A stretch of DNA of 63,892 bases from an uncultured virus (IMG/VR IMGVR_UViG_3300047552_000880) (lineage: Duplodnaviria > Heunggongvirae > Uroviricota > Caudoviricetes), in the IMG/VR virus record IMGVR_UViG_3300047552_000880, positions 62,001 through 125,892 of that record; one strand, given 5' to 3'. Made by a program: the position numbers and the translations under genes. A model generated the notes under the pieces. That model saw only the letters and a list, made by a program, of their open reading frames with translations, made no database searches and was not told the origin of the DNA. Below, piece by piece: positions 27,065 to 37,487 of the stretch (positions within the stretch are counted from its first letter, which is position 1; the number at the start of each line of letters is the position of its first letter).

Positions 27065-28545
27065 CAGACATTATTATTCGTAAGGTCAATGAGACATATC
27101 TTGAAGTCGTATCTGACATGGATACGGCTTTCGTTATCTCTGATAGTTATAGTTTCAGACCAGATGGGTATCGATTCATGCCAGAGTATAAGGCAGGTCG
27201 ATGGGATGGGTATATCAGAATGTTCAATATGGGAACCCGCAGAATGTTATTGGGTCTGAAAAATGATCTGATTCAATTCTGTGAACAAAGAAATTACTCA
27301 TATTCCCTTGAAAACTTCGACGATCAGTCACTGAATCTCTCTGACAGTGATGTAGATGCCTTTATTTCGCGTTTAAACGCCTTTGGAGGCGATAAACCGT
27401 TACAGGTAAGGGGATACCAGCGGTATGCCATTAAAACGGCTCTAAACGCCTCTAGATCGATTTTAAAGGCAACTACTGGCGCAGGTAAATCTTTTATTCA
27501 ATACGCGCTATCAAGATACCTTTCCGAAGAACTTGGACTAAAGGTTCTGATTCTTGTTCCAACAGTGGCGCTTACTACTCAGATGAAGAATGATTTTGCT
27601 GATTATTCTTCTCGGTCTGATTGGTCTGCCGAAAAGAATGTTCATACAATCAGTGCTGGTCTTGATAAAGACACAGATAAACCAATTGTGGTCAGCACAT
27701 TCCAATCTATCTATAAGATGCCAGTGGAATGGTATGAGCAGTTTGGGGCAATTATTGGCGATGAAGGTCATAAGATAAAGTCTTCTACAATATCTTCGAT
27801 CTTCATGAATTCAACTAAATGTAGATTCAAGATCGCCTGCACAGGCACATTGCACGATATGAAGTGTCACCTGAAGCAGATGATTGGGTTGACAGGCGAT
27901 GTAGTTGAAGTTGCTGATGCAAAGGATTTGATTGCCGAGGGTCAGTTGGTTCCATTGAAAGTATCTGGAATTATATTGACCTATGACAAAGAAGTTGCAA
28001 AAGCAATGAAAAAAGCTGACTATGAAACGGAGATAAAATACATTGTCACGAACACCAAGCGGAACAAGTTCATTGCGAATCTGGCGCTGAAATGTAAGGG
28101 AACTACTTTACTTCTATATAGGTTCATTGATCTTCAGGGTGATCCGCTGTATAAGATGTTATGTGAAAGAACAGATAGAACTGTTCACTTCATTGATGCC
28201 GATGTTGATAGAGAGACAAGAGAAGAAATCCGTCAGAGCGCAAATAAATCTGATGACGATATTATTGTTGGTAGCTACGGATGTATGAGCACTGGCATCA
28301 ATCTTCCTGCGATTGAAAACATCATTTTCTGTCATCCAGTGAAGTCCAAGATCACGGTTCTTCAGAGCATTGGTAGGGGTCTGCGGCTGAAGGAAGGTAA
28401 GACACACTGTAATCTCTATGACATTACCGATAATATGACGTATAATAGAAAGCAGAACACAACTTTCTCGCACTTCAGTGAGCGTGTTGGTATGTACGGC
28501 TCAGAAGGGCACTCTGTTAAACTTATTACGATTCCATTTGAATGA
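27061..28545 (+). CDS. uvsW: SF2 helicase UvsW
   Basis: WDGYIRMF, TGAGKS, DEGH, STGIN and LQSIGRGLR motifs. Confidence 0.95.
   Translation: MTDIIIRKVNETYLEVVSDMDTAFVISDSYSFRPDGYRFMPEYKAGRWDGYIRMFNMGTRRMLLGLKNDLIQFCEQRNYSYSLENFDDQSLNLSDSDVDAFISRLNAFGGDKPLQVRGYQRYAIKTALNASRSILKATTGAGKSFIQYALSRYLSEELGLKVLILVPTVALTTQMKNDFADYSSRSDWSAEKNVHTISAGLDKDTDKPIVVSTFQSIYKMPVEWYEQFGAIIGDEGHKIKSSTISSIFMNSTKCRFKIACTGTLHDMKCHLKQMIGLTGDVVEVADAKDLIAEGQLVPLKVSGIILTYDKEVAKAMKKADYETEIKYIVTNTKRNKFIANLALKCKGTTLLLYRFIDLQGDPLYKMLCERTDRTVHFIDADVDRETREEIRQSANKSDDDIIVGSYGCMSTGINLPAIENIIFCHPVKSKITVLQSIGRGLRLKEGKTHCNLYDITDNMTYNRKQNTTFSHFSERVGMYGSEGHSVKLITIPFE
27368..27465. repeat. Dispersed bipartite element, copy A (inside uvsW)
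   Basis: cgcgtttaaacgcctttggaggcg...aaaacggctctaaacgc; similar to the copies near 43000 and 52830. Confidence 0.55.
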
Positions 28546-28961
28546 AACCAACATTACTGTCACTACTCACTGTCAATAGTGAGCAAATTCTTGGCGACTA
28601 TCTTTTCGAGGAAACAGAACTGGATAAGGACACAGGCGAAAGTCTTGGCTATATCTATCTTCTGTTTCCGATTCGGATCATGCAACAGAGCATGGTTCAT
28701 CAGTCTTCAAAGGTGTCAACAATATTTGTTCCGCAACTGATGTTACCGTTCGGTAAGTCGAATGTTCATAAGTTCCGTAAAGACTTCTTTGTTCACATGA
28801 CCATTTGTAGCGATTATGACCGCCGCTACTATAATAGCATCCTTGAGGAAATCCTTGCTGTTGAGACAAAGCGAAAATTGTTGTCTAGTTCTTACTTTGA
28901 TCAGGTAGAATACGCATACAAGAAATTTGATATGCACCACGGAACCACAACAATTCAATGA
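28542..28961 (+). CDS. Hypothetical protein downstream of uvsW
   Basis: 139 aa, coupled to both neighbours; C-terminal TIQ is similar to the T4-like ORF usually found at this position. Confidence 0.6.
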   Translation: MKPTLLSLLTVNSEQILGDYLFEETELDKDTGESLGYIYLLFPIRIMQQSMVHQSSKVSTIFVPQLMLPFGKSNVHKFRKDFFVHMTICSDYDRRYYNSILEEILAVETKRKLLSSSYFDQVEYAYKKFDMHHGTTTIQ

Positions 28962-29971
28962 CAGCACTTTATATAGAAATCTCCTACTCAAAACAAGTAG
29001 GGGCTGCTCTTGAGCGTTTTCGTGTAAAACGTGAATCTCCTTTTCTGGCAGCGGCTCGATGCCCAATCTGTGGCGACTCAGCTAAAAGTAAGTCAAAGAC
29101 TCGTTTCATCTTCTATGAGCGAGAAAGTCATATCAATGTGATGTGTCATAATTGTGGCTACAGTAGCTCTGTTGTCACATTTCTGAAGAATCATTACAAC
29201 AGTCTCTATAACGAATATATCATTGAGAAATATAGAGTAACCGGAAATGATAGAGAAAAAGAAACATTTAAAATACCTGTCTCTGCGCCTGTCATTAAAC
29301 CAAATTCATTAGATTTACCTCTGGTTAAAAATCTTCCGGTAACTCATATTGCGAGACAATATGTTGATTCAAGAAACTTGCCTGAATATGGGTTTCAATT
29401 TGCAGAAGACTTTTATGGGTTCTGTCAGCAATATAATAGTTCTATACCCGAGACTAAAAACAAAGAACCTAGACTCATAATTCCTTTCTTTGATCGGAAA
29501 GGAAACGTATTTGCATTTCAGGGGCGCGATCTAACAGGAAAGAGCAAGCAAAAATATATTACCATCACGATTGATGACAAGACACCAAAAATATTTGGTA
29601 TAGATCGTCTTGATGTTAAGCAGCCTGTTATCATTGTCGAGGGTCCAATTGATTCGTTGTTTCTTCCGAATTGCATTGCATCCGTGAATGCTTCTTTGGT
29701 TGCCACTGCCAAAAAGTTGACCGGAGTAATAAATAAAACCTCCACCACACTAGTCTATGATAATGAACCGAGAAATAAAATTATCGTAGAGCAGTATCAG
29801 AAGGCTATTGATGCCGGATATCCAATAGTCATATGGAGTAAAGAGTGCGAGGGGCTTAAAGATGTTAATGACATGATTCTTGCTGGAATCGATGTTAAGA
29901 AGGTGATCAAAAAGAACACTTTTAGTGGTATAATGGCGAAGATAAAATTTTTGGAGTGGAAAAAGGTATGA
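28958..29971 (+). CDS. gp61: DNA primase gp61
   Basis: RCPICGDS, CHNCG, RLIIPF, FQGR, VEGPIDSLF, DNEPRN and KDVNDM motifs. Confidence 0.96.
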   Translation: MTALYIEISYSKQVGAALERFRVKRESPFLAAARCPICGDSAKSKSKTRFIFYERESHINVMCHNCGYSSSVVTFLKNHYNSLYNEYIIEKYRVTGNDREKETFKIPVSAPVIKPNSLDLPLVKNLPVTHIARQYVDSRNLPEYGFQFAEDFYGFCQQYNSSIPETKNKEPRLIIPFFDRKGNVFAFQGRDLTGKSKQKYITITIDDKTPKIFGIDRLDVKQPVIIVEGPIDSLFLPNCIASVNASLVATAKKLTGVINKTSTTLVYDNEPRNKIIVEQYQKAIDAGYPIVIWSKECEGLKDVNDMILAGIDVKKVIKKNTFSGIMAKIKFLEWKKV

Positions 29972-32748
29972 CAGATATTGTGATCGACACATCACGTGAT
30001 GAATTGTTTGATGAAATTTCCTTGGCGCGACTCAAGGACTCGTATATGATCGAAGGAGAAACAACTCCGCAAGAGCGTTATGCGTTTGTTTCAAAACAGT
30101 TTGGGTCAAACCCAGAGCACGCACAGCGATTATATGACTATGCGTCAAAACATTGGTTTGGATATTCAACCCCTATTCTTTCGTTTGGTCGAAATAAAGG
30201 TGGTTTACCCATCAGTTGTTTCTTGGTATCTGTTCCTGATACTAAAGCTGGATTAGTTGATTCTTTGTCCGAAACAAATTGGCTTTCGATGCTCGGTGGC
30301 GGCGTTGGTGTTTATTTTGCGACTCGTGGCGCAGACGAAAAATCTGTTGGGGTGATTCCTCATTTGAAAGTATATGATGATTCTTGCCTTGCGTTCAAAC
30401 AGGGTTCGACCCGCCGTGGTTCATATGCTGCATATCTTGATATCAGTCATCCAGATATTATGGATTTTCTTGATATGCGCAAAGAAACCGGTGATCAGCG
30501 CCGCCGTTGTTTGAATCTCCACAATGCAGTGAATATTCCTGATTCTTTCATGAAATTGGTTGAGGGTCGAATGCTTGATCCTAAATTTGATGATACATGG
30601 GAATTGAAAGACCCTGTGTCCGGTAAAGTACACGAAAAGGTCAGTGCTTCGGAATTGTGGATTAAACTGCTTGATCTTCGTGCAGGAGTCGGTCGTGGTG
30701 AGCCTTATATTCTTTTCACTGACAATGTTAATAATCAGGTGAAACCTGTTTTGCGTGAACGTGGATATAAAGTCAATCAATCAAATCTTTGTGTTGCGCC
30801 AGAAACTCAAATTTTGACAGAAAACGGATATGAAACAATATCTGATCTGGAAAACGAAACTGTATCTGTGTGGAATGGACAGGAATTTTCTAATGTTATT
30901 GTTCGCAAGACCGGAGAAAATCAGAAACTGATCCGTGTTATCACAGATTCTGGGTTTGAACTTGAATGCACCCCATATCATAAGTTTTATGTCCATCAAT
31001 ATGTCAATGGCAAGAAAACTACTGTTGAAAAACGCGCTGGCGAATTGCTTCCCGGCGACAAGTTGATCAAGAGCGATTACCCTGTCATTGAGGGAACAGA
31101 GACTCTGGAATATGCCTATGACAACGGTTTTTATACAGCCGATGGTTGTCTTGAGGCTAGAGGTCAGCGCGTTTATCTCTATGGCGAGAAACAAAAATTG
31201 AAACCATTCTTGTCGGATATCTATGGGAATTGGTGTGAGTCAAGTAACTGTGATCGTATAACTGCTACTACCAGAAAACTGAAGGACAAATATTTTGTTC
31301 CTAATGGAGATTATACGATTAAATCTAAATTAGATTGGTTTGCTGGTTTGTGTGATGGTGATGGCACGGTTTGTCGGAACGGAGAATCTCAATCTATTCA
31401 AGTTTGTTCTGTTCGTAAAGAATTCTTACAACAGGTTCAATTGATGCTGCAAACACTTGGTGTGTATTCAAAGGTAACAAAATCAGTTGATGCAGGCTTT
31501 CGCCAGCTTCCAAAGAATGACGGTTCAGGAGAAAAAGGTGACTATTTCTGTCAGACAACGTATCGTCTGATGATTGGTCAACGTTATATTGAAAAACTCA
31601 TTTCTCTTGGTTTTAAGACACATCGATTGGTTCTGACCAATCATACTGGCAATCGTGAGTGTACCCATTTCATTAAGGTTGAAGCCATCATCGATGATGG
31701 TCGTTATGATGATACATATTGTTTCACCGAGCCAAAGCGACATATGGGCATGTTCAATGGTATGTTGACAGGTCAGTGCAACGAAATCATGTTGCATACC
31801 GATGCACAGAATACCGCTGTTTGCTGTTTGTCTTCGATCAACTTGGATCGTTGGGATGAATACAAAGACAATTATCAGTTTTTCCTTGATCTGATGGAAA
31901 TGCTTGACAATGTGTTACAATACTTCATTGACAACGCACCTGACACAATTTCTCGGGCAAAATATTCTGCGATTCGAGAGCGTTCTGTCGGTCTTGGTGT
32001 GATGGGTTATCATTCATACTTGCAACAAAAAGGCGTTGCATTTGACAGTGCAGTTGCAAAGGCATATAACAAAAAGATTTTCAAAACATTCAAGGAAATG
32101 CTTGATCGTGCTAACATTGATCTTGGTTCTTCTCGCGGTTCTCCTGCTCTTTTAGAAGGAACTGGATTGAGATTCGCGCATTGTAGTGCATTGGCACCAA
32201 CAGCATCGAATGCATTGATTTGCGGTAATGTGTCGCCTTCTATTGAGCCTTGGCATGCGAATGCTTTCCGTCAAGATACTTTGTCAGGTACTTTCATTCA
32301 GAAGAATAAGTATCTGAACCAGATTATCATTGAACTGGAAGCCGCAGGAAAATGTGATGCAGATGATGTGTGGAAGCAGATTGTTGCCGCAGATGGTTCT
32401 ATTCAAAATATTGATGTATTTGATGATCATACGAAGGAAGTCTTTAAGACAGCACCGGAGATTGAACAATTGATGTTAGTTGAACAGTTGACAGATCGAC
32501 AGCCATATATTGATCAAGGACAGTCTTTTAACATTTTTATTCGTCCAGACATTTCTATTCCTAAACTCCATGCGATACACTTCAACGTATGGAAAAAAGG
32601 TGGAAAGGGAATGTATTATGTAAGGTCAGAGAAATTGGCTAATGCAGAGAAAGTGAATGCAAAGGTAGTTCGAGTAAAATTGGAAGATGAAATAGATATG
32701 AAGGCAGTTGCCAATGGTGATTTGGAATGTTTGGTGTGTAGTGGATAG
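29968..32748 (+). CDS. nrdA: Class Ia ribonucleotide reductase alpha subunit, intein-containing
   Basis: PISCF, QGSTRRGS, SNL|intein|CNEI, VCCLSSINL, APTAS, YYVR and terminal CLVCSG motifs. Confidence 0.96.
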   Translation: MTDIVIDTSRDELFDEISLARLKDSYMIEGETTPQERYAFVSKQFGSNPEHAQRLYDYASKHWFGYSTPILSFGRNKGGLPISCFLVSVPDTKAGLVDSLSETNWLSMLGGGVGVYFATRGADEKSVGVIPHLKVYDDSCLAFKQGSTRRGSYAAYLDISHPDIMDFLDMRKETGDQRRRCLNLHNAVNIPDSFMKLVEGRMLDPKFDDTWELKDPVSGKVHEKVSASELWIKLLDLRAGVGRGEPYILFTDNVNNQVKPVLRERGYKVNQSNLCVAPETQILTENGYETISDLENETVSVWNGQEFSNVIVRKTGENQKLIRVITDSGFELECTPYHKFYVHQYVNGKKTTVEKRAGELLPGDKLIKSDYPVIEGTETLEYAYDNGFYTADGCLEARGQRVYLYGEKQKLKPFLSDIYGNWCESSNCDRITATTRKLKDKYFVPNGDYTIKSKLDWFAGLCDGDGTVCRNGESQSIQVCSVRKEFLQQVQLMLQTLGVYSKVTKSVDAGFRQLPKNDGSGEKGDYFCQTTYRLMIGQRYIEKLISLGFKTHRLVLTNHTGNRECTHFIKVEAIIDDGRYDDTYCFTEPKRHMGMFNGMLTGQCNEIMLHTDAQNTAVCCLSSINLDRWDEYKDNYQFFLDLMEMLDNVLQYFIDNAPDTISRAKYSAIRERSVGLGVMGYHSYLQQKGVAFDSAVAKAYNKKIFKTFKEMLDRANIDLGSSRGSPALLEGTGLRFAHCSALAPTASNALICGNVSPSIEPWHANAFRQDTLSGTFIQKNKYLNQIIIELEAAGKCDADDVWKQIVAADGSIQNIDVFDDHTKEVFKTAPEIEQLMLVEQLTDRQPYIDQGQSFNIFIRPDISIPKLHAIHFNVWKKGGKGMYYVRSEKLANAEKVNAKVVRVKLEDEIDMKAVANGDLECLVCSG
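30790..31776 (+). mobile_element. Intein (329 aa) with LAGLIDADG endonuclease in NrdA, Gln-terminated
   Basis: Starts CVAPETQILT, ECTPYHKF, GFYTADG and WFAGLCDGDG motifs, ends DTYCF...FNGMLTGQ followed by +1 Cys. Confidence 0.93.
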
Positions 32749-32768
32749 CTGTTAAGGTTAAATAGTTC

Positions 32769-33540
32769 ATGAAAGAGAAATTCATGAACTATTTAAAACT
32801 GTATACACAACTTGTTACAACTCGTAAACAAACTAGGAATGTCAAGAAAGAAGTAAATTATGAGGTACATCACATAATACCACGTTGTCTTGGTGGTAGT
32901 GATTGTGCTGAAAATCTTGTGAAGCTGACATATCGAGAACATTTTTTTATGTCATAGATTGCTGGCGAAGTTATATCCATCAAATTCAAAAATACAATAT
33001 GCATTTTTGTGTATGTTGCGTGATCCGCATAACAAGCGCAACCTATCACCTCGAATGTATTCAACGATAAAAACATATTTTTCAAAGTTTAAGAAACAGC
33101 AGAGTATAGAAATGAACCCCGGAAAACATCAAAATTCTAGGAATGCTGCCAGATCACGTATGTTATCAGCGGAAAACCCCTCAAAAAAGAATCCGCACAA
33201 AATTCATTCTGTGAAATCATGTTATATTGTAACTAACGATGGTATTATTGTGAGATTCCGTATGAAAAAAGATATGATTTCTTATTTTATGGAAATAACT
33301 GGACTATCACATGGTTCTATTAAAACTTATATACTGGATCGTAGGCTTGATAAGTTGAATGTAGTTGATATTGTCGTAGAAGAAAAAGAAAATAACTCAG
33401 ATACAGCGTCAATTGGTAGAAGATGGTACACAAATGGTTCAGAAAATCAATTTGTGTTTCCAGGAAACGAATCTTTTGGTTTTATACCTGGGTTGCATAA
33501 AAAATCTCACAGACGAAAGAAAGGCATTCCTGTGATATGA
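32769..33540 (+). pseudogene. HNH homing endonuclease split by a frameshift
   Basis: YEVHHIIPRCLGGSD...NLVKLTYREH then stop; removing one T from the T7 run at 32942-32948 gives HFLCHRLLAKLYP continuing into ORF 32959-33540. Confidence 0.8.
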
Positions 33541-33572
33541 TACCCACTCATCCCAATTAAAAAGGAAAATAA

Positions 33573-34577
33573 ATGAACACACACCCCAGAAAACAAAAAA
33601 CTAAACTGACAGATAAACGTAACACGTTTAAGCCATTTGCTTATCCTAAGTGTTATGACATTTGGCTCCAGCATGAACAAATTCATTGGCTACATTCGGT
33701 GGTCAATATGCAGCAAGATGTTACTGATTTTAAAAAGCGTCTTACTCCGAGCCAGAAAAACTTTTTGACTCAGATTCTACGCCTTTTTACTCAGGGTGAT
33801 ATTGATGTTGCCTCTGGTTATGTCAATAATTATCTGCCAGTTTTTTCTCAACCAGAAGTGCGAATGATGCTTCTTGGATTCGCTTCGCGAGAGGCTGTTC
33901 ATATTGCGGCATATAGTCATTTACTTGAAACTCTTGGGTTTCCTGACACCACATATAACGAGTTCTTGAACTACAAAGAAATGGTGGATAAACATGAGTT
34001 TATTGAACAGTTGACCTCTAATACCGATTCAAATCATATTGTCCAACAGATGTGTGCTATTAGTGCATTTACAGAAGGGATGCAACTTTTTAGTTCTTTT
34101 GTGATGCTGTTGAACTACGGTCGTAACAACCTGATGCCGGGTACAACGAAAATTGTGACTTGGAGTATTATTGACGAAACAAAACATTGTGAAGGAATGA
34201 CATATCTTTTCCGAGAGTTTATCAAGGAAAACAAGGATATCTGGAATGATGAGTTGAAGTCGCAACTCTATGCAATTGCAACGAAAATGGTTGAATTAGA
34301 AGATGCCTTCATCGATTTGGCTTATAAAGAAATGGATGGTTCTGAATTCCAACAGCCTCTGTTAAAAGAAGATATGCATACATATATTAGATATATCGCA
34401 GATCGTAGATTGATTGGGTTGGGGTTAAAGGGCATCTTCAAACAGAAGAAAAATCCTTTGCCTTGGGTAGATGAAATGACTTCTTTACCATCACATTCAA
34501 ACTTCTTTGAACAAGAGGAATCTTCTTACTCTAAGGGGGCTTTGACAGGAGACTGGTCGATGGTATTCCCTCAATAA
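33573..34577 (+). CDS. nrdB: Ribonucleotide reductase beta subunit
   Basis: FTQGDIDV, REAVHIAAYS, EGMQLFSSF, DETKH, YIADRRL and NFFE motifs. Confidence 0.96.
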   Translation: MNTHPRKQKTKLTDKRNTFKPFAYPKCYDIWLQHEQIHWLHSVVNMQQDVTDFKKRLTPSQKNFLTQILRLFTQGDIDVASGYVNNYLPVFSQPEVRMMLLGFASREAVHIAAYSHLLETLGFPDTTYNEFLNYKEMVDKHEFIEQLTSNTDSNHIVQQMCAISAFTEGMQLFSSFVMLLNYGRNNLMPGTTKIVTWSIIDETKHCEGMTYLFREFIKENKDIWNDELKSQLYAIATKMVELEDAFIDLAYKEMDGSEFQQPLLKEDMHTYIRYIADRRLIGLGLKGIFKQKKNPLPWVDEMTSLPSHSNFFEQEESSYSKGALTGDWSMVFPQ

Positions 34578-34617
34578 ATCTACACATATTTTTCTCTGTG
34601 ATACAATAACTCCATCG
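34575..34617 (+). promoter_or_regulatory. Repeated early promoter, copy 1
   Basis: aatctacacat...gtgaTACAATaactccatcg. Confidence 0.75.
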
Positions 34618-34641
34618 CAACAAACTTAAAGAGGTTTACAA

Positions 34642-34905
34642 ATGACAGCATCACGTACACTCGCAACAATGATTGATAGTTCCAACGGTAAAATCGTTTC
34701 CGTTGTATTCATCAAAAAAGATGGTAGCCAACGTAATCTGGTTGGTCGTCTTGGTGTAACAAAGGCTCTCAAAGGTGGAGTAAAACAAGTGGATGAAAAT
34801 AAATTCATCACTATCTTTGATATGCAGAAAAATGATTATCGCAACATCAACCGCGACACAATCATTTCAATTAAAATGAATGGAATCGAAGCCATTGCTG
34901 CCTAA
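34642..34905 (+). CDS. Small SH3/WYL-like hypothetical protein
   Basis: VSVVFIKKDGSQR...IFDMQKNDYRNIN motif common in phages; gagg RBS. Confidence 0.65.
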   Translation: MTASRTLATMIDSSNGKIVSVVFIKKDGSQRNLVGRLGVTKALKGGVKQVDENKFITIFDMQKNDYRNINRDTIISIKMNGIEAIAA

Positions 34906-35410
34906 ATTCTATGCAGGTATAGGAAGTAGAAGAACTCCTGATAATGTTCTGAGGATAATGGAGCATTTTGGGAGTTCTTTGTCATCTGCTTATGTACTTC
35001 GTAGTGGCGGAGCAGATGGCGCAGACAGTGCATTTGAAAGAGGTTGTGATTCCGAGTCTGGCGTAAAAGAAATTTATCTGCCTTGGTATAATTTCAATTA
35101 CAAGACAGGCATCGTGGTGCATAATAAATCTGTTCTTGATAAGGCAGATCAGATAGTTCAACGGTTGCACCCAAAGTACCGATCTTTATCAATCGGAGCC
35201 AGAAAATTACACATCAGAAACTGTTTCCAGATTCTGGGTGCTGATCTAAAGACTCCTGTTGATTTTGTTCTGTGTTGGTATCCAGACTCTTTTCCTAGCG
35301 GCGGAACAGCAACTGCTGTGAATCTTGCTCATAGACTCAAGATTCCTGTCTATGTTCTGAAGACAGAGGCGGATGTTGAATTGGTTAGAAATAATCTACA
35401 CATACTCTGA
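34880..35410 (+). CDS. DprA/SLOG-family nucleotide-binding protein
   Basis: YAGIGSRRTP, LRSGGADGADSAFE and GGTATA motifs. Confidence 0.8.
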   Translation: MESKPLLPKFYAGIGSRRTPDNVLRIMEHFGSSLSSAYVLRSGGADGADSAFERGCDSESGVKEIYLPWYNFNYKTGIVVHNKSVLDKADQIVQRLHPKYRSLSIGARKLHIRNCFQILGADLKTPVDFVLCWYPDSFPSGGTATAVNLAHRLKIPVYVLKTEADVELVRNNLHIL

Positions 35411-35434
35411 GTTTCTGTTACAATAACTCCATCG
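35389..35434 (+). promoter_or_regulatory. Repeated early promoter, copy 2
   Basis: aaataatctacacat...tgtTACAATaactccatcg. Confidence 0.75.
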
Positions 35435-35455
35435 ACAACGAACCGGAGATTCAAA

Positions 35456-35647
35456 ATGACACTTACTCAAGCGCAGACCCGTTATGTTGAACGTGTTAAC
35501 AATTGCCATCCCGGTCACTTTAACCGTGTTCGTGCATCAGCCGCAAAAGAATTGAAATTATGGGCAGCTAAACACGGTTACGATGCATCGGTTGTGTGGA
35601 AGGATGCGCGTGATATCGCGGAACTTGAGCGTAATTCAGAAGATTGA
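35456..35647 (+). CDS. Small early hypothetical protein
   Basis: ggag RBS directly after promoter copy 2. Confidence 0.65.
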   Translation: MTLTQAQTRYVERVNNCHPGHFNRVRASAAKELKLWAAKHGYDASVVWKDARDIAELERNSED

Positions 35648-35662
35648 TTGGAAAGGATAATA

Positions 35663-35854
35663 ATGTACATAACAAAGAAAAATGTAATAGACATTCTTGA
35701 TGCAATGGAAGACTTCGAGGATGCCACCAGCTTTAAATTGGTAAACGATAACTCAAGTGGCATTGGTGGAATTTTGAGTCTTATTGTGACTACCGTGGTT
35801 AAGAATCGTCCTGTTGAGATCAAGATTGAAATCTCGGGCGTCGAAAATTGGTAA
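35663..35854 (+). CDS. Small hypothetical protein
   Basis: aagga RBS before the ATG at 35663. Confidence 0.55.
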   Translation: MYITKKNVIDILDAMEDFEDATSFKLVNDNSSGIGGILSLIVTTVVKNRPVEIKIEISGVENW

Positions 35855-35860
35855 TAACTT

Positions 35861-36133
35861 ATGTCACTGTCCTATAAAAAGAAACTGGAAATCTCGGTCG
35901 TCTGCTATGCCAATGTGTCGGGTTCTTTTGCACATTTCAGCAACCAAAAGAACCGAGTTAAAGATTTTACTTTGGATTGGGACGGATGGATTCGACATTG
36001 TGTGGATGAAGCCGATCTTTGGATGACGATTCATCTTGTTCGTGGAAACAAGAAACTTATTAACGAAACCGCGAGGGAATTTACAAGAGAAATTGCGGAA
36101 ACTCTGGTAGAGCGCTATGAATGCGAGAATTAA
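35861..36133 (+). CDS. Hypothetical protein
   Basis: 90 aa ORF in the operon. Confidence 0.5.
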   Translation: MSLSYKKKLEISVVCYANVSGSFAHFSNQKNRVKDFTLDWDGWIRHCVDEADLWMTIHLVRGNKKLINETAREFTREIAETLVERYECEN

Positions 36134-36305
36134 AGAACTTTATGAGGTCTACCAATGAAGGGACCTCGTGAAATGAAACATTACGTGGCAAAGTGGCGTA
36201 AGCAGCTTAACAAAATGCATTGGGACGATTTGATGATTTTCAAATGGGAGAAATGTAAGAAATGGTTTAAGCGAGATAAAAAGGTGGATTGGAAAGAATG
36301 GGAGT

Positions 36306-36346
36306 AAAATAATCTACACATAAAGTTTCTTTATGATACAATAACT
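36306..36346 (+). promoter_or_regulatory. Repeated early promoter, copy 3
   Basis: aaaataatctacacata...atgaTACAATaact. Confidence 0.75.
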
Positions 36347-36367
36347 GCAACAGAAAAGGAAACTAAA

Positions 36368-37465
36368 ATGACATTCCTCGGACACACCTCGTTACAGTCG
36401 CTGCTCGATGCAGCAAAAGAGAAGAACATCTCAATTAAGGACTACGAAAACTTCGTACTCCTGAAGTATGATCAGATTTTCAGTCCCGCGACCGATCCAT
36501 TGGTCATGCAGTGTCGTGGTATCATCATTGACAAAGCGACTGGTCATATCATTGGTCGCGCATACCCTCGATTCTTCAATTATGGTCAGTATCCTGACAT
36601 AACCGAAAAATTTGAATTTGATGGCTCAACTATCTATGAAAAACTCGATGGATCGGTCATTAAGATTTGGTTCAATTGCTATTCTGATCGTTGGGAAATT
36701 GCAACCAACGGAACTGCATTAGGTGAATCCGAACAAGCCTTCTTCCCATCTTTCCGTGAGGCTGTTTTGCGCGATGGATTCGGTCTAACAGAAGACGAGT
36801 TTCAGTCCCGTTTCGCGAACATGGATCGTGCTTATTCACATGTGTTCGAGTATTGCAGTAACTATAACCAGATCGTTACATTTTACGAATCTGGTCGTAT
36901 GTACTACATCACCAGTTTCAATAACGAGACTGGCGCAGAATCTTACTTCAATAAAGTTTTTGATTCGGTGAAAGCATTACCATGCCCTGTCTATAACTTC
37001 AATTCAAAGCAAGACATGCTTAACATGGCAGAGGCGCTGACTGACCTGAAAGAAGGGTTTGTTACGCAGGATGTGAATGGTCTTCGTATCAAGATCAAAT
37101 CCAGTGCTTATGTTCGTGCTCACCATATGCGAGGTGAAGGAGCGCTGAATCAAAAACGAATTGCCGAGTGTGTCGTTCAGAATGAACAGGATGAATTCCT
37201 GACCTATTTCCCGAACTCAAAAGAAATGTTCGAACCAGTGATCGATGAAGTGGGTTCTCTGTTGACTGAAATGAGTCAACTTTATGATCGCGTGAAATTC
37301 ATTGAGGATCAGAAGGAATTTGCTATGTCGATTCGGAATTGTTCTTTCAGCGGTGTCTTGTTCGAGGCGCGTAAAAAGAAGATTGATGTTCTGCACGCAT
37401 GGGGCGAATCGAAATTAGAGTTCAAAGTCAAGATTGTGTTGGGGCGGCTTTCGTCAACCACCTAA
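36368..37465 (+). CDS. rnlA: RNA ligase 1 (T4 RnlA-like)
   Basis: QCRGIII, RFFN, EKLDGS (motif I), FE, EGFV and KIKSSAY motifs. Confidence 0.88.
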   Translation: MTFLGHTSLQSLLDAAKEKNISIKDYENFVLLKYDQIFSPATDPLVMQCRGIIIDKATGHIIGRAYPRFFNYGQYPDITEKFEFDGSTIYEKLDGSVIKIWFNCYSDRWEIATNGTALGESEQAFFPSFREAVLRDGFGLTEDEFQSRFANMDRAYSHVFEYCSNYNQIVTFYESGRMYYITSFNNETGAESYFNKVFDSVKALPCPVYNFNSKQDMLNMAEALTDLKEGFVTQDVNGLRIKIKSSAYVRAHHMRGEGALNQKRIAECVVQNEQDEFLTYFPNSKEMFEPVIDEVGSLLTEMSQLYDRVKFIEDQKEFAMSIRNCSFSGVLFEARKKKIDVLHAWGESKLEFKVKIVLGRLSSTT

Positions 37466-37487
37466 CAGCTAAAGACAGTTAGGCTTG
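37453..37487 (+). mobile_element. Possible IS200/IS605 (HEARO/IscB-type) end remnant
   Basis: gtcaaccacctaacagctaaagacagttaggcttg follows the GTCAAC.ACC-stem-CTAAAG-stem-GGCTTG pattern; no transposase nearby. Confidence 0.4.
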
